Assembly: GCA_023140255.1 (NCBI GenBank)
Contig: JAGLLX010000010.1
Location: 19,774 to 83,773 of the forward strand
Length of the DNA: 64,000 nucleotides
Source: Minisyncoccota bacterium
GTDB lineage: Bacteria > Patescibacteriota > Minisyncoccia > Phycocordibacterales > UBA12079
Direction of reading: 5' to 3'
This document shows positions 18,084 to 28,395 of the stretch, in pieces (within the stretch, counting starts at the first letter, position 1; every line of letters starts with the position of its first letter). The notes below the pieces were generated by a model. It saw nothing but the letters and a program-made list of their open reading frames with translations. It searched no databases and was not told where the DNA came from. A program made the position numbers and the translations under genes.

Positions 18084-19388
18084 ATGAAATCTTTTTTTGC
18101 AACAATTAAATCATCTTTTAAATTAGCCTTTATTTCTTTCAGTGCTAATAAATTACGAACCTCTTTAGCTGTTCTAGGAGTAACTATTGGTATCTCTAGT
18201 ATTATTGTAGTTTTTTCAGCAGGAGAAGGAATTAAAGGAATTGTTTTAAACCAAGTTGAATCATTTGGATCTGATACCATACAGGTTGAAATTAAAGTTC
18301 CCACTAGTAAAAAGGGTTTAGCTAGTGAAGCCCAAAGCGCAGCTGCGCTTATGCAAGGAGCTCAAGTAACAACTCTAAGTTTAGATGATTTAGAAGATGT
18401 TAAAAAATTACCTAATATTATTGATGCTTATGGTGTTTACATGGGACAAGAAACTGTGTCTTACTATAATGAAATTTATAATACTTACACATGGTCAACT
18501 AATAGTTCTTTTATAAATATAGACTCAACAGAATTAGCTTATGGAAGATTTTTTACAAAAGCAGAAAATAATTCTTTAGCCACAGTAGCTATTTTAGGTT
18601 CTAAAATTAAAGAAAAATTATTTGGTGACAATGACCCTATTGGAAAAACAATTAAAATACACAATGTTAGATTTAAAATAATAGGAGTGGTGGAAGAAAG
18701 AGGAGCTTTGATGTCTTTTGATTTTGATGACTTTATTTATGTCCCAATTAAAACCATGCATAAAAAAGTTTTAGGAATAGACTTCTTACATAATATTATT
18801 ATACAAATTGAAGATACTTCTCTTATAGAAGAAACCCTTGAAGAAACTAGAATTGTTTTAAGAAACAATCATGATATCAGTCCCCCCGAAGAAGATTTTG
18901 AAGGTTGGATGGATACAGGAACAGATGATTTCAGAGTTATGGCAATGACTGAAATTTTAGAAATGTTTGATACAATGTCTGCTGTTTTAACTTGGTTGAT
19001 GCTTGTAATTGTAGCCATTTCATTAGTAGTTGGTGGAATCAGTGTTATGAATGTCATGTATGTAATTGTAAACGAAAGAACATCTGAAATAGGTCTAAGA
19101 AAAGCTGTTGGAGCAAACTATAAAGATATCATGCTTCAATTCTTAACAGAATCAATTTTAATAACTTTCACAGGAGGAATTGTAGGAAGCATTTTAGGTT
19201 CTGTTATTTCTTTAGTAATTGCTATTGGAGCGAATTCTTCAGGAATTGATTGGAATTTTGTTTTACCTTTTAAAGCTTTTCTAATAGCAGGATTATTTTC
19301 TTTGATTTTTGGAATTTTATTTGGAACTACCCCAGCTCGAAAAGCTGCTCAAATGAATCCCATTCAAGCACTGATTCACGAAAATTAA
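18084..19388 (+). CDS. ABC transporter permease (FtsX/MacB family), second copy
   Basis: Same architecture as 16816-18066. Confidence 0.8.
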   Translation: MKSFFATIKSSFKLAFISFSANKLRTSLAVLGVTIGISSIIVVFSAGEGIKGIVLNQVESFGSDTIQVEIKVPTSKKGLASEAQSAAALMQGAQVTTLSLDDLEDVKKLPNIIDAYGVYMGQETVSYYNEIYNTYTWSTNSSFINIDSTELAYGRFFTKAENNSLATVAILGSKIKEKLFGDNDPIGKTIKIHNVRFKIIGVVEERGALMSFDFDDFIYVPIKTMHKKVLGIDFLHNIIIQIEDTSLIEETLEETRIVLRNNHDISPPEEDFEGWMDTGTDDFRVMAMTEILEMFDTMSAVLTWLMLVIVAISLVVGGISVMNVMYVIVNERTSEIGLRKAVGANYKDIMLQFLTESILITFTGGIVGSILGSVISLVIAIGANSSGIDWNFVLPFKAFLIAGLFSLIFGILFGTTPARKAAQMNPIQALIHEN

Positions 19389-19458
19389 ATTTTTATTTAT
19401 CCACTAAATAAAAAAAGAAAAAGAATATTTTTGATATAATTATTAATGAAAAAATAAA

Positions 19459-20748
19459 ATGTTTTCTTATTCTTTAAAAAATAAATTGATATTTACTATT
19501 GTTGGTATAGTTTCTGTTTTAGGGTTAATTGCTACCTATACGGTTTTTTCATATTCTAAAAATATCTTATACGAAAACGAAAAAGAATCTCTCCTTTTAA
19601 TAGCAACTGAACAAGCTCAACAAGTTTCAATACTATTAAAACAATCTACTGATTTATCTGAAATCATTTCTCAACAAGAATTTATTTTAGATTATCTAAA
19701 TGATTCTGAAAAAGAATTTCAAGATTTAAAAATTCTGGAGAAACTTAAAACATACAATATAAATAATATTTATTCCTCTATTTATTTAATGGACTTAAAA
19801 GGAACTACGTTAGTTTCCACTGCTGAATCATTTGTATCAAAAAATTATTCATTTAGAGAATATTTTAAAGGAGCTCTTCAAGGAGAAAATTTTACTGATA
19901 TTTCTGTTGGAGCAACTTCAAAAGAATTAGGTTATTATTTTTCTACTCCTGTTAGGAATACAAAGTCTAAGATTATAGGAGTCTTAGTTTTAAAAATGAA
20001 ACCAGAAGTTATAGATAATTTAATTATTAATCCTTATATTGAAAGTAACCGTAATAAATTAGATCTATTAGCTGTAATAGACAATCATAGTGTAATTTTC
20101 CATTCAAATCATGAAAATCAATTATTCAAAAGTATCGCTGATCTTAACCCTTTAGTTTTATCAGAAATATCTGAGCAACAAAGATTTGCTGATTACAAAA
20201 TAAGTCCTTTAAACTATAGTATTACGTTAGAAGAAATTAAAGAAGCTGAAAAATTTTTATCAACAAAAATCTTTAATAAAATATCAAAAGAAAATTTCTT
20301 ATTAAATATCGTTAAGATACAAGGTTATCCCTTTTGTATGGTAGTTATAGAAAATGAAAATAAATTAATTACCTCAGCTCTAGATATTTCCTATAACTTA
20401 GGAATTTTTGTATTACTTTCTGTTATCTTAGCATCGTTTTTTGTTAATTTTATAGTAAGAAACCTTACAAAACCTTTAATTGAATTAAATAGTGTAGTTA
20501 AAAAAGCAAGTGATGGAGACTTAGGACAAAGAGTTTTAATTAGTTCAAAAGATGATATCGGAATTTTAGGAAATAACTTTAATAAATTAATAGAAAAATT
20601 ACAAAAAAACTTAAAAGAAGTTGAGGCAAAAGTTTCCCTAAGAACTAAACAATTAGAAAAAACAAACCAAGCCATGACAGGAAGAGAACTAAAAATGATT
20701 GAATTAAAAAAAGAAATGAATGAATTAAAAAATAAAGAGAAATTATAA
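19459..20748 (+). CDS. membrane sensor-like protein: periplasmic Cache-like domain + HAMP + short coiled coil, no output domain
   Basis: Two TM segments flank an extracytoplasmic domain. HAMP region LIELNSVVKKASDGDLGQRVLISSKDDIGILGNNFNKLIEKL. Ends after a coiled coil with no kinase or methyl-accepting domain. Confidence 0.6.
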   Translation: MFSYSLKNKLIFTIVGIVSVLGLIATYTVFSYSKNILYENEKESLLLIATEQAQQVSILLKQSTDLSEIISQQEFILDYLNDSEKEFQDLKILEKLKTYNINNIYSSIYLMDLKGTTLVSTAESFVSKNYSFREYFKGALQGENFTDISVGATSKELGYYFSTPVRNTKSKIIGVLVLKMKPEVIDNLIINPYIESNRNKLDLLAVIDNHSVIFHSNHENQLFKSIADLNPLVLSEISEQQRFADYKISPLNYSITLEEIKEAEKFLSTKIFNKISKENFLLNIVKIQGYPFCMVVIENENKLITSALDISYNLGIFVLLSVILASFFVNFIVRNLTKPLIELNSVVKKASDGDLGQRVLISSKDDIGILGNNFNKLIEKLQKNLKEVEAKVSLRTKQLEKTNQAMTGRELKMIELKKEMNELKNKEKL

Positions 20749-20768
20749 ATTAAGACCAAAAAATAATT

Positions 20769-21188
20769 ATGTTATTAAATTGGAAAAAAGAATATAGTGT
20801 AAATGTTAAAGAAATAGATGCACAACATAAAAAACTTATTGAAATGATAAACGAGCTTTATGAAATTATAAATAATAAAAACGAAAATCTACAAAAAGAG
20901 TTTACTAGAGTAGTAGGTGAACTAGAAGAGTATAAAAATTATCATTTTTCTACTGAAGAAAAATATTTTCATCAATTTAATTATGAAAATACAGAGGACC
21001 ATATAGCAAAACATATTGCATTTGGGAAAAAAATAGAAGAATTTAAAGAACATTTATCTAACCCTAATGAAAATTATCCGCAAATTTGCTTTGATTTATT
21101 AGATTATTTGGAAGATTGGTTTTTTGCACACCTAATAGGTGATGATAAAAAATATACTAAAACATTTAATGAAAATGGACTTTTTTAA
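20769..21188 (+). CDS. hemerythrin-like metal-binding protein
   Basis: W..EYSVNVKEIDAQHKKLIEMINEL ... HF..EE..F ... H...FG ... DWFFAHL matches the hemerythrin HHE His pattern. Confidence 0.7.
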   Translation: MLLNWKKEYSVNVKEIDAQHKKLIEMINELYEIINNKNENLQKEFTRVVGELEEYKNYHFSTEEKYFHQFNYENTEDHIAKHIAFGKKIEEFKEHLSNPNENYPQICFDLLDYLEDWFFAHLIGDDKKYTKTFNENGLF

Positions 21189-21191
21189 AAA

Positions 21192-21353
21192 ATGAATCCT
21201 GTTAGATGTTTAGAGAAAATAATAAATTTATTTAAATATAAAAACGGGACCAAAAACATTATTAGTTTAATTTAAAATTATTTACTTTTTGTAAATTATG
21301 AGGGACTTGTCCCGTTAGAGATAATTTACTAGAGGTAAATTATCTCTAACGGG
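21192..21353 (+). promoter_or_regulatory. leader element copy 1: mini-ORF plus inverted repeat abutting the kinase start codon
   Basis: Mini-ORF 21192-21275 (27 aa, MNPVRCLEKIINLFKYKNGTKNIISLI). Then hairpin ATTATTTAC-TTTTT-GTAAATTAT. Then perfect inverted repeat CCCGTTAGAGATAATTTAC-tagag-GTAAATTATCTCTAACGGG ending immediately before the kinase ATG at 21354. Confidence 0.6.
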
Positions 21354-23615
21354 ATGAAAATAAAAACAAAAATAATTTTACCAATAATTTTAGTGGCTGT
21401 AATTGTATTATCAACAGCAACTTTTTATTCATATTTTTTTAATGTCAATACTTTAAATACATCAATTGGGGAACACCTAAATACAACTGTGTCTTCAAGG
21501 TCTCATCATATTGATACTTTTATAGAAGAATTAATAGGAAAAATAAAAATAGCAGCCACGCAAGAAAACTTGACCAACGAAAAACTAGAAAAAATAAAAA
21601 ATTCTAACAGAGAATTTTCAGAAGTGTTCTTGGTAAATCTTGATAAAAAAATAATTAAATCTTCAAGACAAGAGTCTATAGGCTTAGATTGTTCTATTAA
21701 TGATTATCTTGTTAATAAAAAAGATAATGTTTATATGAGAGATGCTTATATTTCTAAAATAAACGAAGAACCATCCATTGCTATTGCTATTTCTCACAAC
21801 AAAGACATATTAATCATTAGGATTAATTTGGAAATTTTAAATGATGTGACTACAAACAAAACAGGATTAGGAAATACTGGTGAAGTATATTTAATTAATA
21901 GTGCTGGGTATACCATTACTCCCCTACAATTTAGTGAAGACACTTTTTTGAAAACAAAAATAGAATCTAAAAATGCTAAGAGTTGTTTAGACACACTAAA
22001 AAACGAAACTGAACATACTGAATATAGAGGAGGGTCTGCAATATATACAAATTATAAAAAAATTGAAGTTATGGGCTCTTACCATCCCTTAAGTATAATG
22101 AACTGGTGTATCTTAGCTGAAATTGATAAATCAGAAGCATTAGCTCCAACAAAAAACTTATTAAAATTCTCTATTATAAGAATTTTGATTATCTTATTTA
22201 TATTTTTTATACTTACTTATTTGATAGCCAGAACTATTAGCAAGCCAATTATTATATTAAGCCAAGGGACAAAAATAATTAAGAACGGTAACTTAGACCA
22301 CAAGGTTGGAACCAATTCAAAAGATGAAATTGGAAGTTTATCAAGAGATTTTGATGAAATGACCGTTGCAATTAAAAAATCACAAATAGAAATTGACAAA
22401 AAAGTTAAAGAGCAGACAAGGGAAATAATAGAAAAACAAAAAGATATTGAAAATCAACAAGAAGCTATCCTAAATGTACTAGAAGATGTAGAAAATGAAA
22501 AAAAGAAAACAGAAATTGAACGAGATAAAATAGACGCTATTCTTCATAGTATTGGTGATGGAGTTTTTGTAGTTGATAAAGATAAAAAAATTACTATTTT
22601 TAATAATATTGCTGAACAAATATCAGGATTTAACAAAGAAGATGTGTTAGGAAAAAACTATCTAGATATTTTGAAATTTATTCATGAAAAAGACAGAACT
22701 CCTAATAATGATTTTATTGAAAAAGCTTTTTCTTTAGGGAAAATTCAAATGATGAAGAACCATACTTTACTTATTAAAAAAGATAAAAGTGAAGTTCCTG
22801 TAGCCGACAGTTCTGCTCCAATAAAAGATAGTGCTGGAAATATAATTGGATGTATCGTTGTTTTCAGAGACGCGACAGCTGAAAGAAAAGCTGAACAAAT
22901 AAAATCAGATTTCGTGTCTATCGCCTCTCACCAACTAAGAACTCCTTTAACGGGAATTCAGTGGGTAACAGAAAGACTGTTAAAACATTCAACTGCTTTG
23001 CCAGAAAAAGAGCAGCAATATATTAAAGATATTAACCTTTCTTCCAAAAGACTATCCACCCTTGTAGACAGTCTATTAAATGTTTCTAGAATTGAAGGAG
23101 GAAAAATAACTATAAAGCCTGAAAAAATAGAGTTGATTGATTTTATTAAAAGCTATCTAACAGAGACTAATCCTTTAACAGAAGCAAAAAATATTAGTTT
23201 AAAATTTAATACACACCCAGAAAATTTAGAAATATTGACTGATCGTTCAGGTATAAGAAATATTGTTCAGTCCTTAGTCTCCAATGCGATTGAATACACA
23301 CCTGAAAATGGAAATATAGAAGTTTCTGTTGAGGACAATGTAGAAAAAGATTCTTTCTTGTTTAAAATAAAAGATACAGGGATAGGAATTCCTTCGAAAA
23401 ACCAAGCCACTATTTTTGATAAATTTACTCGAGGAGAAAATGCCCAGCAAGTTAAAACTGATGGAACAGGATTCGGATTATACATTACAAAACAAACAGT
23501 TGATTTATTAGGCGGAAAAATAAGATTTGAATCTATTGAAAACGAAGGAACAACTTTCTTTGTAACCTTACCTAAAATATCCAAAGCTAAAGAAGGCGGA
23601 AAAAGTTTTGTATAA
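21354..23615 (+). CDS. sensor histidine kinase (Cache-like extracytoplasmic domain, HAMP, PAS, HisKA, HATPase_c)
   Basis: H-box SHQLRTPLTGI. N/G1/G2 boxes in NAIEYTPENGNIEV ... DTGIGIP ... GTGFGLYI. Confidence 0.85.
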   Translation: MKIKTKIILPIILVAVIVLSTATFYSYFFNVNTLNTSIGEHLNTTVSSRSHHIDTFIEELIGKIKIAATQENLTNEKLEKIKNSNREFSEVFLVNLDKKIIKSSRQESIGLDCSINDYLVNKKDNVYMRDAYISKINEEPSIAIAISHNKDILIIRINLEILNDVTTNKTGLGNTGEVYLINSAGYTITPLQFSEDTFLKTKIESKNAKSCLDTLKNETEHTEYRGGSAIYTNYKKIEVMGSYHPLSIMNWCILAEIDKSEALAPTKNLLKFSIIRILIILFIFFILTYLIARTISKPIIILSQGTKIIKNGNLDHKVGTNSKDEIGSLSRDFDEMTVAIKKSQIEIDKKVKEQTREIIEKQKDIENQQEAILNVLEDVENEKKKTEIERDKIDAILHSIGDGVFVVDKDKKITIFNNIAEQISGFNKEDVLGKNYLDILKFIHEKDRTPNNDFIEKAFSLGKIQMMKNHTLLIKKDKSEVPVADSSAPIKDSAGNIIGCIVVFRDATAERKAEQIKSDFVSIASHQLRTPLTGIQWVTERLLKHSTALPEKEQQYIKDINLSSKRLSTLVDSLLNVSRIEGGKITIKPEKIELIDFIKSYLTETNPLTEAKNISLKFNTHPENLEILTDRSGIRNIVQSLVSNAIEYTPENGNIEVSVEDNVEKDSFLFKIKDTGIGIPSKNQATIFDKFTRGENAQQVKTDGTGFGLYITKQTVDLLGGKIRFESIENEGTTFFVTLPKISKAKEGGKSFV

Positions 23616-23669
23616 TAAAAAGAATAAATTTGATATAATATTAACAATTATTAATTAAAGAAAAATAAC

Positions 23670-24083
23670 ATGGCAGATATAAAAATAGTATTAGTGGAAG
23701 ATGATGAAATCTTATCTAAAGTAATTAAAGAAGAGCTAGAAGAAGCTGATTTTAAAGTTTATTTAGCTACTGACGGAGAAAAAGGCCTTGAATTGGCTCA
23801 GGAGAAAAAACCTGATTTAGTTTTATTAGATTTAATGCTTCCAAAAATGCACGGATTTGAGGTTTTAGAAAATCTTAAGAAATCACCTGAAACTGAAGAC
23901 ACTCCAGTTATAATTTTAACTATGTTAGGATCTGATGATGATATTAAAAAAGGACTTAAATTAGGAGCAAGTGATTATATTGTTAAATCACAACATGCTG
24001 TAGGAGAAATAATAGACGAAGTAAAGAAGTTCTTTGCAAATGAAAGCCACCCAGAACAAAATAAAATAAAAGAAAAAAAATAA
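23670..24083 (+). CDS. response regulator, receiver domain only (CheY-like)
   Basis: VEDDE ... DLVLLDLMLPKMHGFEVL ... KLGASDYIVK, no output domain. Confidence 0.8.
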   Translation: MADIKIVLVEDDEILSKVIKEELEEADFKVYLATDGEKGLELAQEKKPDLVLLDLMLPKMHGFEVLENLKKSPETEDTPVIILTMLGSDDDIKKGLKLGASDYIVKSQHAVGEIIDEVKKFFANESHPEQNKIKEKK

Positions 24084-24116
24084 GTTAAATTTTTTTTCTT
24101 TTATATTTTACTTTTT

Positions 24117-26567
24117 ATGATGTTTTTTAAAAAAATTATAATAATATCTATATTTTTTTTATTAAGTTTTTTTCCTATTGTCAAAATATTTGCTGATACA
24201 ACAACTTATAATTTTTCAGGAGTGAATACAGGGAACGATGGAATAAACGAAAATCCAATTGTCATAGAACACGATTCTGATATTTTTCCATGGACAACCT
24301 TGGCTGAACAAAATGATTCAGCTAATCCCACTGACGTTGAATATGTGAATATATCTACAGATAATACATCTCAATGGGCAACTGACGACCCTGGGAGAAA
24401 GGATGAAATGGCAATAACTTATAAATTTTTTATTCAAGAAACTATAAGTGATATTTCTAATATTCAGATAAAATGGAACGGAAATACAGACGGGACTTCC
24501 TCCAGTAATCATTCTGTTTGGTTAAGAAAAGACGGCCTAGATGAATTCGGAGGAATAAATACTTGGGTGCAACTAGGGACTTCTCTCTCTATTCCTCAAG
24601 ATATTGATACTGATTTAATTAGAAATTTAACTACTGATTTTGCTACTTATATTAATGCTTCTACAGGACAATTTGAATTTGTTATTACAACAGATAGAGA
24701 ATCAGAAGATATGCGGACAAATTATATTGAAATTATTACTACTTATACTGTAATCCCTCCAGCTGACACAACTCCTCCATCAGCAATTTTAGATTTAAGT
24801 TCTTCAAACGCAACAACTAATTCAATTGATTTATCTTGGACAGCCGTTGGAGATGACAACTTAACGGGATTAGCCTCAAGTTATGATATTAGATATGCAA
24901 TTTCTCCAATTACAGAATCAAATTGGTCTTCTGCTACTCAAGTTTCTGGAGAACCTTCTCCTTCTATAGGAGGGTCTTCTGAATTAATGACTGTTTCGGG
25001 ACTTAACTCTAATACTACATATTATTTCGCAATTAAGACTTCTGATGAGGTTCCTAATGAATCAATAATTTCCAACGTTCCATCAGAAACAACAAACACA
25101 ATTCCACCTATTCCTGACACTACCCCACCATCTGATATTTCAGACTTAGCAAGTTTTGGAGCAACAACTAGTTCAATTGAATTAAATTGGACAGCCGTTG
25201 GAGATGACAACTTAACGGGATTAGCCTCAAGTTATGATATTAGATATGCAATTTCTCCAATTACAGAATCAAATTGGTCTTCTGCTACTCAAGTTTCTGG
25301 AGAACCTTCTCCTTCTATAGGAGGGTCTTCTGAATTAATGACTGTTTCGGGACTAAACCCAGATACTCTTTATCACTTTGCAATTAAAAGTTCTGACGAA
25401 GTCCCCAACGAATCAGAGATTTCAAATGCAACCAGTCTTAGCACAGATGACACTCCTCTAGTTTCAGATACTACCCCACCATCTGATATCTCTGACCTAA
25501 GCCCTTCAAACGCAACAACTAATTCAATTGATTTATCTTGGACAGCCGTTGGAGATGACAACTTAACGGGATTAGCCTCAAGTTATGATGTCAGATATTC
25601 AACAACTGCTGTTACAGAATCTAGTTGGTCTTCTGCTACCTTAGCTATTGGGGAGCCCAATCCATCTTCCCCAGGAAGTTCTGAATCTTTTAGTATTACA
25701 AATATTCCTTCTGAGACTACATATTATTTTGCCATTAAAACTTCCGATGAATCAAATAATCAATCAACAATTTCGAATATTCCTTCTTTAAGTACTTTAG
25801 CAGAATCCAGTGTATCTATTCCTACAAATGTATCAGGAGGAGTCTCCGCAACTAGTGTAATTTTTTCCGGACTAGCTTATCCTAATAGTAAAATTATAGT
25901 AAGGTTCAAAGACTCAGTTAACCCTCTTTATAATAATGTTCCTCTTTCAACTTATTCAATTTCTAGTTCTGGAGAATTTTATGTAAGCTACGCAGCTTTA
26001 CTAAGTGGAGCATATTTTTTCACTCTACAAGCACAAGATAAAGACAACCAAAAAACAGATGTTCTTTCTTTCAATGTAGATTTTCGTACAGATAAAAAGT
26101 TAATGGTAGAAGATATTTTCTTTAGTCCAACTATAAGTTTTAATCAAGATTTATTACGTTTAAGTGATGCTTTAGAAATTCATGGATATTCATCCCCAAA
26201 TTCCAAAATAAAATTAGAAATAGATGATATAATATTAAATGAAACTATTTCTGATAAAATTGGTTATTATTCATTTGAATTCAGCCCCGGAGATTTTACC
26301 TTAGGAGTTCATTACGCTAGAGTTAGCCAAAACAAAGATGATAGAGAAAGCAATTACACTTCTCCACGAAGTTTTAAAGTAACTTCTTTAACATACCCTC
26401 GAGCAGATTTTAATAGAGATAATTCCGTTGATGTTACTGATTGGAGTGTTTTCTTATACCGCTGGGGAGATATGGAAAATAATTTACGAAATGAAATTGA
26501 CTTAGACTCTAATGGGATAATTGACATTGGTGACTTTAGTATATTTTTAAAAGCAATTAAATTATAA
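24117..26567 (+). CDS. secreted protein with three tandem Fn3-like repeats and a C-terminal dockerin-like module
   Basis: Signal/TM at the N-terminus. Three roughly 117-aa repeats (TTPPSDISDL...WTAVGDDNLTGLASSYDIRY...YYFAIK). C-terminal DFNRDNSVDVTDWSVF...DLDSNGIIDIGDFSIF matches the duplicated calcium-binding dockerin repeat pattern. Confidence 0.65.
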   Translation: MMFFKKIIIISIFFLLSFFPIVKIFADTTTYNFSGVNTGNDGINENPIVIEHDSDIFPWTTLAEQNDSANPTDVEYVNISTDNTSQWATDDPGRKDEMAITYKFFIQETISDISNIQIKWNGNTDGTSSSNHSVWLRKDGLDEFGGINTWVQLGTSLSIPQDIDTDLIRNLTTDFATYINASTGQFEFVITTDRESEDMRTNYIEIITTYTVIPPADTTPPSAILDLSSSNATTNSIDLSWTAVGDDNLTGLASSYDIRYAISPITESNWSSATQVSGEPSPSIGGSSELMTVSGLNSNTTYYFAIKTSDEVPNESIISNVPSETTNTIPPIPDTTPPSDISDLASFGATTSSIELNWTAVGDDNLTGLASSYDIRYAISPITESNWSSATQVSGEPSPSIGGSSELMTVSGLNPDTLYHFAIKSSDEVPNESEISNATSLSTDDTPLVSDTTPPSDISDLSPSNATTNSIDLSWTAVGDDNLTGLASSYDVRYSTTAVTESSWSSATLAIGEPNPSSPGSSESFSITNIPSETTYYFAIKTSDESNNQSTISNIPSLSTLAESSVSIPTNVSGGVSATSVIFSGLAYPNSKIIVRFKDSVNPLYNNVPLSTYSISSSGEFYVSYAALLSGAYFFTLQAQDKDNQKTDVLSFNVDFRTDKKLMVEDIFFSPTISFNQDLLRLSDALEIHGYSSPNSKIKLEIDDIILNETISDKIGYYSFEFSPGDFTLGVHYARVSQNKDDRESNYTSPRSFKVTSLTYPRADFNRDNSVDVTDWSVFLYRWGDMENNLRNEIDLDSNGIIDIGDFSIFLKAIKL
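24765..25818 (+). repeat. intragenic tandem DNA repeat, about 351 bp x 3
   Basis: Units start at about 24765, 25116 and 25467. About 165 bp is identical between units 1 and 2 (24837-25001 versus 25189-25353). Unit 3 is more diverged. Confidence 0.8.
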
Positions 26568-26631
26568 TTTAAACATTAACTTAACATCATTTTTATTACA
26601 AATTAATTAATAACAAATCTTCTATATTATT

Positions 26632-28362
26632 ATGAAAAAAATATTTTTCTCCATCATATTTGCCACAGTCTTGCTTGTTTCTGCAAACATAACAGAAGCA
26701 GCTACTTTATATCTCTTGCCTGAATATAAAAACATTGATATTGGACAAGAATTTTTTGTAGATGTTAAAGTTAATTCTGAAAACGACTTCATCAATGCCG
26801 TTCAATCAACTATTTCTTTTCCTTCTAACATTATTGAAATAGTGGATGTAAGTAAACACAATTCTGTTTTTAATTTTTGGATAGATGAACCTGATGTAGA
26901 AGAAAATAAAATAATCTTCATAGGAGGGACTGCTAAAGGAGTTTCGGGAGACTCTTTGCAAGTACTCCGTATATTGTGTAAATCTATTGGTGCTGGAACA
27001 GCTAGTATAGACATATCGGAATCAGTCATAACTGCTAATGATGGAAAAGGAACTAATATTTTATCTACTATAGAAAAAACAGATATTGAAGTCGGTACAG
27101 CAACAATTACATCTAATAATTCTGTAAAAACAAAACCAGAAGAAATTCCTATAATTATCCCTCAAGAAATACAAAGAGAAGCTGTTTTTGCCTCTGACGC
27201 TCCTGAAAAACCAATTGTGAGTGTTCCTTTATATCCTGACCAAGAACTTTGGTATAACCACCAAGGAGAAACTATTGTTTTATGGGAGGTGCCTGATGAT
27301 ATTACTAAAGTAGCAGTTTCCTTAAATTCTAACCCTAATTCAGAACTCAATACTTCAGAAGATGGACTATTCACAGGGAAGACTTTTGGAGTATTAGATG
27401 AAGGAATTTACTTTGCACATGTTCAGTTTAAAAACAACAAAGGCTGGGGAGAAATTACTCATTATAAAATATCTCTAGATACCAGTTCACCGATAGCTTT
27501 TGAAGCAAATATTAGTTCTTTTGCCTCTACTGATCCTATTCCTGAAATAAGTTTTATTAATCAAGACACTTTGTCTGGGTTTTCTCATGCATTAATATTC
27601 ATAGACGGAGAAAAAGTATTAAAAACAGAAGAATCTAAAATATTACTCCCTGCTCAAAAACCAGGTTCACATCTTTTGGTAGTACAAATTTTTGATAAAG
27701 CAGGAAATAGTATAGAAGATGATTTAAATTTTGAAATAATTCCATTGAAAATTCCTAGTGTGAGTTTCTTTACTGACAAAATTTCTCAAGGAGAAAATAT
27801 TTTTGTTTCAGGAACTTCCATTTCTAATTCCTTTGTTGATATTAAAATACAAAGAGAAGATATAATAGAATTTTTAGGGTCTACAGAAGTAGATAATACA
27901 GGGAAATGGAGTTTAGTGATTGATAAATTACTAGCCAAAGGAAATTATACTTTCAGTGTTTCTGCACGAAATCAACAAGGAGCCATTAGTTTTAATAGTG
28001 AAATTACTGAAATTAGAGTAACAGCTCCAACTATTTTATCTATTGGTTTAATTGACTTAGGATGGTTTGATATTTTTATTATAATTATTCTACTTCTAGT
28101 AATAGGCGGAAGTATAGGAACTTGGTATTATTTCTCTCAAAAAGAAATGGAGGAGGCTTATAAAATTATAGATAACAGAGATGTAAAAAAAATGAGTAAA
28201 TTACTAAATGATGATATAATTTTAATAGAGAAAGAAGTTAAAAGTGAAAAGAAAATACCAGCTAAAACCAAATCCTCAATAAAATCTAAGATAACTAAAA
28301 TAAAGACAAATATTAAAAAGATGGATAAGTATTTAGGTATTGAAATTAGTAAATCAAAATAA
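26632..28362 (+). CDS. membrane-anchored cell-surface protein with an N-terminal cohesin-like domain
   Basis: Signal peptide. ATLYLLPEYKNIDIGQEFFVDVKVNSENDFINAVQSTISFPSNIIEIVDV... resembles the cohesin domain pattern seen in CPR 'cohesin domain protein' annotations. Beta-rich repeats follow, then a C-terminal TM helix (IFIIIILLLVIGGSIG) and a K-rich tail. Confidence 0.6.
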   Translation: MKKIFFSIIFATVLLVSANITEAATLYLLPEYKNIDIGQEFFVDVKVNSENDFINAVQSTISFPSNIIEIVDVSKHNSVFNFWIDEPDVEENKIIFIGGTAKGVSGDSLQVLRILCKSIGAGTASIDISESVITANDGKGTNILSTIEKTDIEVGTATITSNNSVKTKPEEIPIIIPQEIQREAVFASDAPEKPIVSVPLYPDQELWYNHQGETIVLWEVPDDITKVAVSLNSNPNSELNTSEDGLFTGKTFGVLDEGIYFAHVQFKNNKGWGEITHYKISLDTSSPIAFEANISSFASTDPIPEISFINQDTLSGFSHALIFIDGEKVLKTEESKILLPAQKPGSHLLVVQIFDKAGNSIEDDLNFEIIPLKIPSVSFFTDKISQGENIFVSGTSISNSFVDIKIQREDIIEFLGSTEVDNTGKWSLVIDKLLAKGNYTFSVSARNQQGAISFNSEITEIRVTAPTILSIGLIDLGWFDIFIIIILLLVIGGSIGTWYYFSQKEMEEAYKIIDNRDVKKMSKLLNDDIILIEKEVKSEKKIPAKTKSSIKSKITKIKTNIKKMDKYLGIEISKSK

Positions 28363-28395
28363 AAAAATTAATAATTTAAAAAAATATTACATACC

